The translations under genes were made by a program, and so were the position numbers. From positions 209,394 through 273,393 of the forward strand of contig NMRA01000404.1 in NCBI GenBank assembly GCA_002633005.1: a DNA stretch of 64,000 nt. Reading direction: 5' to 3'. The DNA is from Phoronis australis (lineage: Eukaryota > Animalia > Phoronida). A model generated the notes under the pieces. That model was given only the letters and a program-made list of their open reading frames with translations. It was not told the DNA's origin and did not search any database. Numbering within the stretch: position 1 is the stretch's first letter; every line of letters begins with the position of its first letter. This document shows, piece by piece, positions 10,912 through 22,022 of this stretch.

Positions 10912-13900
10912 CTAGAAATTCTTAAATTTGCGACTTGGAGGACCATTGAACAATGGCGTTTGGTGCCTGGGTGTGTTTGAGTCCAGTTTGTTTTGTAACT
11001 CCGATATCTTTCTCTTGAGAGAACTGATCTCTTTGTCTGATTCTTCTTTGAAATGTTTCAGTTTCTGAAAATATTGAAGACTCGGCAATGCCAGCAATTT
11101 GTCAAATTATTTAACAAGTATATTCAATACCAATATATTGAATACAACATACCCAACACCATAAAATTGAGAGTCAACATTTTAGTGGGCACCAGCGATA
11201 TTGAATGAACCGGAGAGGAGATTTGGCAAACTAAACATCTTCCTCACTGACCACAATTATGTTCTCATAAACTGTTGTGAGCTTTATTTTTCTCATTTTG
11301 GCAATTTTTATCTCAATAACCCGTTTACACTTGTAGTGTTGACAGGTTTAATACTTTGTACCGAGTGGTACATAGTGTAGAGTATGTGCAACTTGTACAT
11401 TATGTCAGTTATGAAAAGATTAAAATCTAATAATGCAACAAGAAATTAGTTCGTGAGAAATGGTTGATGAGAAAAGAACTTCAGCTTGTATCTAAAGGAT
11501 TGTATTCATGAGAGAACATTGTTAGTGAGAAATACTGCATACAAGCCACAGAGGAGGAAGATTATAAACCCTGTTGTTGCTTTATTTGCTAGCTTTTCAA
11601 ATTTTACATTGAAGAAAATATCAAATGTGTAATTGAATGTAATCACCTTTCTGTAGATCTCTCGATCATTAGTTGCTGTTGGCAACACCTGTTTGGACCC
11701 TGTCATGGTGGTGTGCTGTTGTAGTTTGAAAAGCTCTTGGGAATGCTTCAAAAATAAACAGATATAATATCAACAGATCACTTGATCTACCAACAGACCT
11801 CTTCTGAAGCATTTTAGTTTTAAACGGGCAATTTGTCAAATTAATGATGTACCTAAATGTCATTCAAGATTTTTAAGTCTGTTACTCAAGCTGGCTGGCA
11901 GTAAATGAACCCTGAGACTAAACTGAAGTATTAGTGGAAGATGGGTTTAAACAAGCAACCTTTTTTGTTATAATTTCCAAAAGAGATTCAGTTGGTCTGA
12001 ACATTGGCTAAAATCATTTATTCACAAACACTCGGTGGTTGAAATTCTTATATGTTAATCAATGATTATGAAACATACATAAAAGTAAAAAATAGCATTA
12101 ATACAAAAGAAGCTAAACTGAATAATGTAAAAATTACAATTTTAAAAAAGGTAAATTAATTTTAAAATATTAGCTTTGTCAAAGTTTTGTTGACCATTGT
12201 GAAAGACATCAATAGGATTATCAGTTACTTATTAAAATAATTTGTTGAAGATTTTTCCTTGGAAATTTCCTGGAAATACCTCTAGCTTAATTTTCAGAAT
12301 TTCAGATTCTTTCTCCTTAATAACCTCCGACAACTCTCGTCTCAATGTCGCAGTTTCCTCTTTGTTTGCTTTCAGTGCACAGTTGAACTTGTCTGTCATT
12401 TGTTGACCTAAAATGAAAGTTTGTCAAGAAATGTCATAAAATACTTCAATCACTATAGCTTTAGTATTATACACCCTCAAGAGATAACAAAGTTGATCGA
12501 CAGTTCGGTAGGAATGTTACAATGTGAGCATTTTTGCACAAAAAATAGCTACAACAGACGAGGTGGGAAAAAATGAAATATCCCGTATATATAATTTCAC
12601 TATCTTGTTTTTATTGATTAGGAAGGTCAAGGTCATAATTTGTCAATTTTTGGTGATCCGATTTACCTTCATTTAAATGCTGTTCCTTCAAGCAAGCAAT
12701 GTTACTTAGAAATGTGTTCTCCGTTTCTTCCATTTTCCTCTGCAGTTCTTCATTTATTTGCTGTTGTTGCTAAAAGTAGACATATGCAAGAAAGGTTCAT
12801 TTGAATACGGATTGTGCGAGTGTCCAGGATTTGAGCAGCAGACAATCTGAAACATTGTGTTCATGAACTTAGTATTCCTTTTATATTTGGCCTTATTTTT
12901 GTTATATTTACAAGAACTGCAAAGGCTCAACCAGGATGGAGCATGTAAATTACATGGATGAAAGACGTAGTGCATGACATGCCTTTACGTGAACCACAGG
13001 CACATATGTCTGAGACATATTTAACTGAAGAAAAATGCATTATTTCAAATGGGCCTAAATACACACTTTAAAACAAAATATGGCAGGCACATAAAATTTA
13101 TTTTGTCAAATTTCTTCAGAAAAATAAAGTTCAAGAACATTACAGCCTCTTACCATGGTTTGAAGTGTTCCTAAACAACACTATGGCAAAGTTTCCATTA
13201 CTTGCAGAATGGTGTAATGAGCCAATTTGAACAATTAGAAAACAACAAATTTAGTGAATTATTCTTGTGCATACATGATAAGTGGATAATTACCGTAGTC
13301 TGGAACAAGCAAGTGACGAAGTCAGTGTTATGCATACCTGAAGGGACTCTTTCAGTTTTGTACATTCTTCTTGCCAATCAAAAGTTGCTGACAGAGTTGT
13401 TTGAAGTCCACAGATTATATTTGTGAGTCGGCTTCCCTCTGTAAGTCAAACTAGATTGGTGTGAGTCGGTGTGTGGGTAGTCCACTTGCAATAGTCGTCA
13501 ATCTCGGTCAAATTTACGCGGAATAAGGTCGAGTGGGATATTACTTCATGTACGCCAATCGAGGTACATTTTGTATTTATCCCATACGCTTCGAATTCCT
13601 AAGTTTCTTACATTTTTTCAGCACATTTTTAAATACTTGACCCAGACTGTTCACATGGCGGATCACATCCTATATGTATGTACTTGGACGTTAGGTTGCA
13701 AGTTTTCTCTTGTAAAAGAAACAGTAACAATTTATTTCTTGAAATGAGGTAGCAAAGATGAAAACAACGGCAACTGTGCAGTGAACTTGTAACATATCTC
13801 CTGAAAATACTTAAAAAACAATATTTGATATGGTGTAGTTTCCTAGGAATCAGCACCCGAGTTGCAGACGATTATTCAGCAATTAAACTGCAACTTACAA

Positions 13901-15370
13901 GTAAGTGTCATTTAATGAACAGTTTCGTTCCAGATTTTACGTTTTGGGCCTGGTTACATGTTGAGTGTTTAGTTACACTGCTGCAACTGTATTACTTTAA
14001 ACAATATTCGGAAAGCTTGATGATCGAACCGGCTGAAGGCGTCGAGTCGACAATGACCTACCTTTTGAACTTTCCATGTCAGAGGTCACTGTTGAAGTAG
14101 TGCGGGAGGTGAATAACGAAAACTTTATTACATTGCCGTATTTCCCTCGACAGATTCAACGTGTGGGATAAAAGTTCACGTAGACTTTCAAACTCCCAAA
14201 AGTTAGCATCTTGACCCCATTTTGTAAAGAAATAACTCAGAAAAGGAACCATTTCATAGCGAAACTGGTCATGAAAAAATCACCTATCTGAGTGGCACTT
14301 TACAGCCTGCTGTCAGTTCCCAGCAGAATATTAGTTACCTTAAGCCTGCTTGTCCCTACGTTGCCAAAGAACTATAAAATCTTTGACGTTGCCGCTACAG
14401 ACACGAGTCACACAATTACCTTGTTCACTGTTGTCCAGTCTGTTACATAACTCACTGTTTTCTTTTTGCAACAGGCTCTGTTGTTGTTCCAAAATACTGT
14501 TCTTTGTCTTAAGATTACAAACAGCCTGAAAACGACAAAACATAAGGATGCTTACAGTGGCAGATCTAGGTACCAGAAGGGTGGGAGCCCAACATGTTGT
14601 CTCAGGGAATCGGAATCGGGCAAAGCACGATTGTATGCGGAGCGCAGGCCCGAAGTTGCGGGAGTCAGGTATGATGACCTTCTGTTCAGAAAATCTACAT
14701 ATGGACTAAAAAAAAAAAAAAAAACGGGAACGCTGTGGCACCCCCTTCTCCGCATCCCAGTTGCTTACTCAATATTTCCTCGCGCTTTACGCTGTTCCCA
14801 TTCCATTTTTGCTTACCCCCCCTCCTAAATCCGCCTATGGCTTAGACACTGACTTGACCGGTAATCATGGGTAATGGGACCGTATCTAGTTCACACTAAC
14901 GAAGACCATAAGGACCATTTAGGCCGTAACATGCGTGAAGCAGCACCTAAGACAGGAAGAAATGAACGACTGTGCCTACTTCTTGCAAAACTGGCTTTGG
15001 GCCTTTGGGAGTTTGGACGTGGTATGTTACTGTTAGTGTTAGACGGGTTCAGCCCGGCCCGGCCGGGGGTGGAGTGCCTGAGCGCGGTACCGGCCACTAG
15101 CCGACTAGCCTACACTAACAATTGTCCTTGTAATGAGTAACTTGTGCAGCCTTTTGTTGAACCTGCTCATTCGACGAATAGTGTATTTAGCGAAGAAGAA
15201 TGTCTAGAATACTCTCAGTAGGCCTAGAAGTCATGGCCGCCGGTGAGTCCCGGGCGTGATCCGAGACTAACAATTTCAGTCATGAAATCTCGTGCAGAGA
15301 CTTTGCCTACTTTGTAACATTCGTCAAACTCTTGCAAAAACGTATCCAGGTTCACGTCCGATCTGCTCAT
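10912..15370 (-). CDS. CCDC152: Coiled-coil domain-containing protein 152-like
   Basis: Phase-consistent minus-strand exons 15370-15311 (MSRSDVNLDTFLQEF), 14525-14420, 13438-13338 (LTNIICGLQTTL), 12769-12667, 12407-12280 (EKESEILKIKLE), 11745-11647 (EIYRK), 11064-10912 (KLKHFKEESDKEISSLK...); resembles the vertebrate CCDC152 motifs VNLD, IIKGLQQT and IYRRKLQHFQEEKNKEI. Exon 1 recurs at 16314-16373 inside the N-flanked duplication. Confidence 0.85.
13514..14174. mobile_element. Unclassified ~660-bp interspersed repeat (copy 1, CCDC152 intron)
   Basis: Reverse-complement similarity to 53519-54167 and 55741-55955; inverted TTTATCCCA/TGGGATAAA motifs. Confidence 0.75.
14555..14839. mobile_element. 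MITE with 5-bp TSD (GCTTA)
   Basis: Termini CAGTGGCAGATCTAGG ... CCTAAATCCGCCTATG; GCTTA on both sides; similar ends in reverse at 37763-38063. Confidence 0.8.
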
Positions 15371-16916
15371 TTCACCACAGACTTTCTCTAAGTTAAGTCT
15401 AACGCTTAAGCCGGAGAGATGCATCGTCTGCTTGACGCACAATGAACACAGAAGTGACCTGTTTACGAGATTGTCCGAAAGATTAACCGGTGTTAACCGA
15501 AAGCGATTAACCCGGAAGTGAATTGTGTTGTTGACCTAAAATGGACAGAGGCGGAGAAATTCGTGGGCTCTGATTTTAAGAAGATCCGCAACACAAGGTA
15601 TTTTTGTCGTGCGAAATATCTGTTAGACTAATAGCCTACATATTACTAGTGTAGGTTTGTTGTCAGTCTATGTCATTAAATCAAAAGATAACACTTGTGT
15701 TGTTCACTGCGCCAAACAATCGCAGGGAATTACAAGACTCAACACTAGACAGTAGACAAAACAAGACAAGCATGGCCTATTCTTCCTTTCCACCTACTAG
15801 ACAAGTGTAGTGCCCCACTCTGACTTATAGCCAGCCAGCTAGCTGTATGAAGATTATCGTCAAAATACAGCTAGGGGTAATTGTTTACAATATGACGACA
15901 TTGACTTATACACNGGACCATTTAGGCCGTAACATGCGTGAAGCAGCACCTAAGACAGGAAGAAATGAACGACTGTGCCTACTTCTTGCAAAACTGGCTT
16001 TGGGCCTTTGGGAGTTTGGACGTGGTATGTTACTGTTAGTGTTAGACGGGTTCAGCCCGGCCCGGCCGGGGGTGGAGTGCCTGAGCGCGGTACCGGCCAC
16101 TAGCCGACTAGCCTACACTAACAATTGTCCTTGTAATGAGTAACTTGTGCAGCCTTTTGTTGAACCTGCTCATTCGACGAATAGTGTATTTAGCGAAGAA
16201 GAATGTCTAGAATACTCTCAGTAGGCCTAGAAGTCATGGCCGCCGGTGAGTCCCGGGCGTGATCCGAGACTAACAATTTCAGTCATGAAATCTCGTGCAG
16301 AGACTTTGCCTACTTTGTAACATTCGTCAAACTCTTGCAAAAACGTATCCAGGTTCACGTCCGATCTGCTCATTTCACCACAGACTTTCTCTAAGTTAAG
16401 TCTAACGCTTAAGCCGGAGAGATGCATCGTCTGCTTGACGCACAATGAACACAGAAGTGACCTGTTTACGAGATTGTCCGAAAGATTAACCGGTGTTAAC
16501 CGAAAGCGATTAACCCGGAAGTGAATTGTGTTGTTGACCTAAAATGGACAGAGGCGGAGAAATTCGTGGGCTCTGATTTTAAGAAGATCCGCAACACAAG
16601 GTATTTTTGTCGTGCGAAATATCTGTTAGACTAATAGCCTACATATTACTAGTGTAGGTTTGTTGTCAGTCTATGTCATTAAATCAAAAGATAACACTTG
16701 TGTTGTTCACTGCGCCAAACAATCGCAGGGAATTACAAGACTCAACACTAGACAGTAGACAAAACAAGACAAGCATGGCCTATTCTTCCTTTCCACCTAC
16801 TAGACAAGTGTAGTGCCCCACTCTGACTTATAGCCAGCCAGCTAGCTGTATGAAGATTATCGTCAAAATACAGCTAGGGGTAATTGTTTACAATATGACG
16901 ACATTGACTTATACAC
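14912..16916. repeat. 1002-bp direct duplication split by a single N (likely scaffold overlap artefact)
   Basis: 14912-15913 matches 15915-16916 with no difference noticed; N at 15914. Confidence 0.9.
15480..15600. promoter_or_regulatory. Probable bidirectional promoter between CCDC152 (-) and aveugle/SAMD (+), with ETS/GABP-type motif and candidate non-coding first exon
   Basis: CCGGAAGTG at 15512-15520, three TTAACC(C)G repeats at 15481-15515, plus-strand donor AAG|GTATTT at 15598; repeated at +1003 in the duplicate. Confidence 0.45.
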
Positions 16917-19040
16917 ATGATTTTGGTATCGTTCGATTCCTTGCAACGTTATCTTTTCAAAACTGCACAGAATTTTTTCTTACCCCGTTCCCTTAATATT
17001 TTATCATGAAATTTCTGCTCGCACTATTTCCAGGTCTACGCGGTAGTGATACCGCCATGTTGAATGGAAGGAGTCACCTGGTGCAGGGCTCGACATAACG
17101 AGCTGCAGGTCGCAAATGCGACCTGAAATTTGGAAATGCGAGCTGAAATTTTGGCCAGCTCGCATTAAGTCACAAAATGCGACCTGGAATTTCCAGCGTA
17201 TGCGAGCTGAGTTTTTAAACTTCGCGGCAGATACTTGGGAAATGTTGAGCAACTCAGGTGATTCCGACCGTTATTTGGTTGTTGCCAAATCAAGTTAAAA
17301 AACATTCATTGAGAAAAGTGCTCCCGATGACTTGTAAACATGTCGCATGAACAAGGGAATACAGAATTGGTCTGACGCATTATATTGACCAATACTTTCG
17401 GCCTTTTGCAAATTTCCGGATGTGCCGAAGAAAGTTTCGGACCTCGGAATAACACGTGATAATACGGCAGAAAGCAGCGGTGTTTCTACTAATTCTTAAA
17501 CGACGAAATTACCAAGCTTTGTGGTGGAAAACATTTATTTTTCATGTAAGGTGTCTTTAATATCAAATTACGGCAACACCCACGGCAATATGCCTGGTCG
17601 CACTGCGGCACTGGTCGGTTCCACTGTTAGCGCCGGAAAGCGGTCCTGGCAGACAATCGTCGTGACTTGGAAAAATGCGTCTCGTTTTTTATCGCGAAAG
17701 ACAGCAAATGTGAAAATGACATCCAAATTAATCGCCAAACGACGGGCATGCCTTTACGCGCTTTCAGCAGAATAGTAGAAACCCGCACCGTCGGAAATCA
17801 TTTCGAGGCTTTTTATTTCATGGAAAACTAATTGACTACGTACCGGTAAACAGCATAAGTCCCACATTTTTGTTGTCAAATTTGCAGTGAATTGTTTCTG
17901 CGTATCAATAGGTCATTCAGCGAGTAGGGCAACGTTTCACGAATTTCTTCCGACAAGATGTTTTTTCAAACGTCAAGTCTAAAAGTTTGGCCTGCGAACA
18001 AATGGAAGGAATTCGCACTCAGAGTTATCAATCTTTGGATCTTTAACGACTTTGATGACAGTCATGTAGCAAGTCAGGCCTAGAAAAGTCGCGGATACTT
18101 TTTCAACGTGTATTTACTTCTTTTTCACGTTACACACTTAGCTAATCGAATGCATTTAACTTTCACGTCGGCAACTGCCTTGCGCTCCAGGGTCTTTCAC
18201 TGGATGGCGCCAGTGAAGAATGGTAACGCGGTGCATGCATGATATGCTTGTAAGAACTGTTTTGCGACCTGAAATTTGTGAGTATTTAACGTCGCAGGAG
18301 CATAATCTAGGCATTTTCTGATGACGTAAAAGCCAATATTGGTCCGTAAAAATGGCGGGAAATTTTTGCGACCTGGAATTTATGAATGCGAGCTGGATTT
18401 TGAAAATGCGACCTAGGATTTTGGCTCGGTCTCAAAATGCGACCTGGCGATTTTCATAGCGTCGAGCCCTGTGGTGGTCAAAAACTGAACTAATCTACCG
18501 ACTTCTGCAGATCGTCGCTTATCATAAAGTCAACGTGACCGAGACCCGTCCATCCCTCGCCCGAGTTGTGGTCCCAAGGGTTCGAATTTGACCCTGGTAC
18601 GCATTTAATAGCACGAATGCGCGAAAAAAGCGGGAGTTGTTTTTGAGGTCCATATTGGTGAAAATGGTATCATTTCAGACAATGTTGTGGAAAAATGGTC
18701 AACTGGTAACAATTACAAAAAATTGGCAAAGGTGAAATGCTGCTACTTTTTTCTCCATTTTATGTCAGGAAAACTTTAGCGAGAATGTCGCGCGGGCAAA
18801 CACCATTCGAATTGATGATGCTGTTTCATTCATTAATAACAGGTGTCGCTGTAATCTTGAGTTGCGCTAACATGGTGGTGTCAACCGGGAAATAGTGCGA
18901 ACCGAAATTCGACGATAAAATACGAAGGAAACGTGGTAGGGGATGCATTCATATATTTTTGGAAAGATAATGTTGCGAGGAATGGAATGATACTAAAATC
19001 ATGTGTGTAGGTCAATGTCGTCATATTGTAAACAATTACC
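16879..19040. mobile_element. Non-autonomous Merlin-like DNA transposon (long imperfect TIRs starting GGTAA, 8-bp TSD)
   Basis: ~160-bp imperfect TIR GGTAATTGTTTACAATATGACGACATTGAC...; CAGCTAGG at 16871-16878 and 19041-19048; no transposase ORF seen. Confidence 0.8.
17084..18471. mobile_element. TIR element nested in the Merlin-like element, hAT-like ends, 5-bp TSD (TGGTG)
   Basis: TIR CAGGGCTCGAC/GTCGAGCCCTG; TGGTG at 17079-17083 and 18472-18476; subterminal GCGACCTG/GCGAGCTG arrays at both ends. Confidence 0.8.
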
Positions 19041-19774
19041 CAGCTAGGTACCACTGTGTGTTTTTCTTCCATAAACCCGGAAATTGCACACAGCCAGGGT
19101 AGTTCTGCTCGTCAACTCCCCGTGAAACCTGTATCAACCAGATGGGGTGCGTGCAAAATCTGGGAGTCAACCGACACTCACCTTGCCCGTTACAACCGTT
19201 TAATTGAAAAACAATGCAACAAATGTCATTTGCTTGTGTAATCCTCCACTTTTTATAACAAAGAAAAGCTATGTCGTCATTTTGAAAACAATACGCTCGT
19301 GACAAGCGCATGCGCCATTTCCTAAATTTTTGCAACATTTTTCGGGAGATGATGATAACTTAGCAGCTGCAAAATTTCTTCTGAAATTCGTTTTTTCGGT
19401 ATCAAGATTCTAAAAACTTATAATGAAGTGAGACCAGTTCGAATAATTTGTTGTGCCGTGTACACAACCTCATGAAAGAACAACAGGTGATTTAAGAGTT
19501 GGCAAAAAAAGAAACTGGCCAATAGGTGACGCAATATTTCACGGCGCCGAAAGCCGTCTCTTAAGATCGCTCCACAACTTTAGCAGCAGAATAACAGTAG
19601 AACGCCATTTTTCCAACACGTTCAATAATCTAGTTTACTCAAGGAAGACTGTAGTTTTTAATGACACTAATTTTCTGTCAGATTTTATCTTACCACTTTT
19701 TTACTCACATCGGCGTAAAGCTGTATATTTAGTATACAGCTTTGCACCAAGGCTAGCGTGTAAGCAGCCTACGA

Positions 19775-20250
19775 TGTAAGGAGTTTGCTTATAAAGTAAT
19801 GGTTCGTCCCACCTTGGAATATGCCTCTACTGTTTGGGACCCTTAATTATACCCAAAAAGACATTGCTGCTGTAGAGAAAGTACAGAGGAAAGCTGCTCG
19901 TTGGGTCACGAGACGGTTCAATCGTCTCCTCTGTTGGTGCAATGTTAGAAACGTTAAACTGGCCCACCCTCAGCTACAGACGCAAAATCTGTCAGATGAA
20001 AATGTTTTACAAATATGATAAGAAGTCGGTGATCATCAACTCTGATGTTGCTCCTATTGCAGATCTTGCTGTCTCAGGTATCTGTACCAGAAGGTCATCC
20101 AATTATAGTATTCCAATAAATAGGACAGATTATAGGAAAAAGAAGTTCTTTCCTAGAACAGTCGCGGACTGGAATAGCTTGCTGGGCTGCATTACATCAG
20201 TCCCTTCTCTTGATATCTTTGTCAGCAAGCTATCTGCCTTTCCGAAGTAA
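19775..20250 (+). mobile_element. 5'-truncated CR1/L2-clade LINE ORF2 C-terminal fragment (degenerate)
   Basis: Frameshifted translation AYKVMVRPTLEYASTVWDP..DIAAVEKVQRKAARWV..MLETLNWPTLSYRRK..FFPRTVADWNSL. Confidence 0.85.
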
Positions 20251-22022
20251 CATAGTGGGGTGCCTCCATTTGGGGCACCCGCTTACTATCTGCCTTATCT
20301 GTTAACGATCTAGCTAATATGTTACAGGCAGCAACATGGCTACAATACTCCCCATCGGTCTGCCTGTTAATTTTGCCCGTGGGTGAAAAGAACCTTTACA
20401 ATGTACAGTGAAGTGACCTAAATATCCGGATGTTTTGGCACATTTCGCATTCTTATTCTATGGGTTGTTGTAAATTCTTTACTGAAATAAAGACTTGCCT
20501 TTACAGAATTGTTCTGTTACTATATCTTGTCACTGAAATTCATATTTATGTTCTGACTGATCTTTAAAAAGCACAACTAGTAAACCCTCGGAGAAATTTG
20601 ACACCATGTTTCCGCATACGTCACACCGCTTAAAATTGACTTACCAAGTAACGGCTGCCAGCTTTAATTGGTGAGTTTACAGCAAATTTTATCAGCACTG
20701 AAGATCACTAGGCTGTGACATCCTAATTAGTCTTGTACGCCTGAAGAGTGCAAATTATGCTTAACTCTGATTAAACTATTGAAGTACAGTGTAGGTGGAC
20801 ATCTTTTGGAGGCACTTGGAGTCTTTAAATTCTTCCAGCTTGAAGTAATATACTACCAATCAAAAATATTTTCTTGGTATTCCTTCACTCCGTCAACGAA
20901 ATTTGAAGACTGAATAACTAGTCAATGTGCTCAAGGTCAATGAGAACTGTACAGAGGGTTAAGCAGAGGTCACCCGTCTGTCAGTCACAGACAAAAGGAG
21001 GCAGCACAGAAGTAGACCTGTTAGAAGACTTGTGATATGTCTTGTGTCAAATAAAGACAAGTTTTCCAGAGTTCTGTTCACATACTGTATTCTGTCGAAA
21101 TTAAATACATTGCATTTTAAATTGAGAACTTCAAGTAATGGTCGGGCATCAGGAGAGCAAAATCTTGACATTTGGGTCTTGAATGGGGTAACTTGTCCTA
21201 ATAGAGGCTTGGAAATTTTTGATGATAGCAAATCATTGGTGTCATTCACACAGAACAGGCTGTTTGAAATTGAGATGCAAGGTCAATGAAAGTTGTTCTT
21301 TGTGAGCCCTGCTCTTGTTCTTATAACTATTCCAGTTGGATTGTGTAACTAATCACAGCTCAACAAATGGTTTGTGGTCTTGGTTGAGAAGATAATTGTT
21401 TTATTACCCCATATGGATTCTGAATAGCCCATCCTGGAATGAATCTGGGGGGTCCCTGAACAACTGAACAACCAACATTTTAAGTTAATGCCCTGGCTAA
21501 GTTCCCTTTATATTGATCAACCACTTTGTGTGATAGTCAAACAATACATAGGCCAAATATCTATTGACAATATACCAGTCGTTTATTTAAAGTTACTCAA
21601 GAAGTGAGTGAATGACATGCATTTTCAATAAGCTTTTTTCACAAAGATACCCGTGCCTGACCTGAAAGTCTTAGTACTATAGATTGGGACTGAGGCATAT
21701 AACCATTCTTGGACTTTTGTTCTAGATAACATTTAAAGTGGACCTATTGCCACTGGTGGGCATTTAGCCAGGAAAATACAGTGTATCACAATAGAGCTCC
21801 ATCTGGTGTGATTAATTTTTATTGATACTCATGGGTCAATTGTGATTTTTGTGGTATTTTTAAGTCAGTGTACATTACTTTGTTATAACTGTTCGTGCTT
21901 ATTTACTCTTCTATGTGTATAAGAGAATACTTATAACTATTGTAAGGCAGTGTTCACTTGCATACCAAATTGCATGGTTATTTATTAGGGCATGCTAGAG
22001 CCTGTGAGAAGTGGTGTCAACA

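Noticed and set aside
14912-16916. Apparent duplication of CCDC152 exon 1 and the bidirectional promoter
   Set aside because: The copies look identical and are joined by a single N, the typical signature of an unmerged contig overlap.
20959-21460. 96-aa minus-strand ORF and neighbouring coding-like sequence
   Set aside because: No recognisable domain, stops nearby, and no consistent exon chain.
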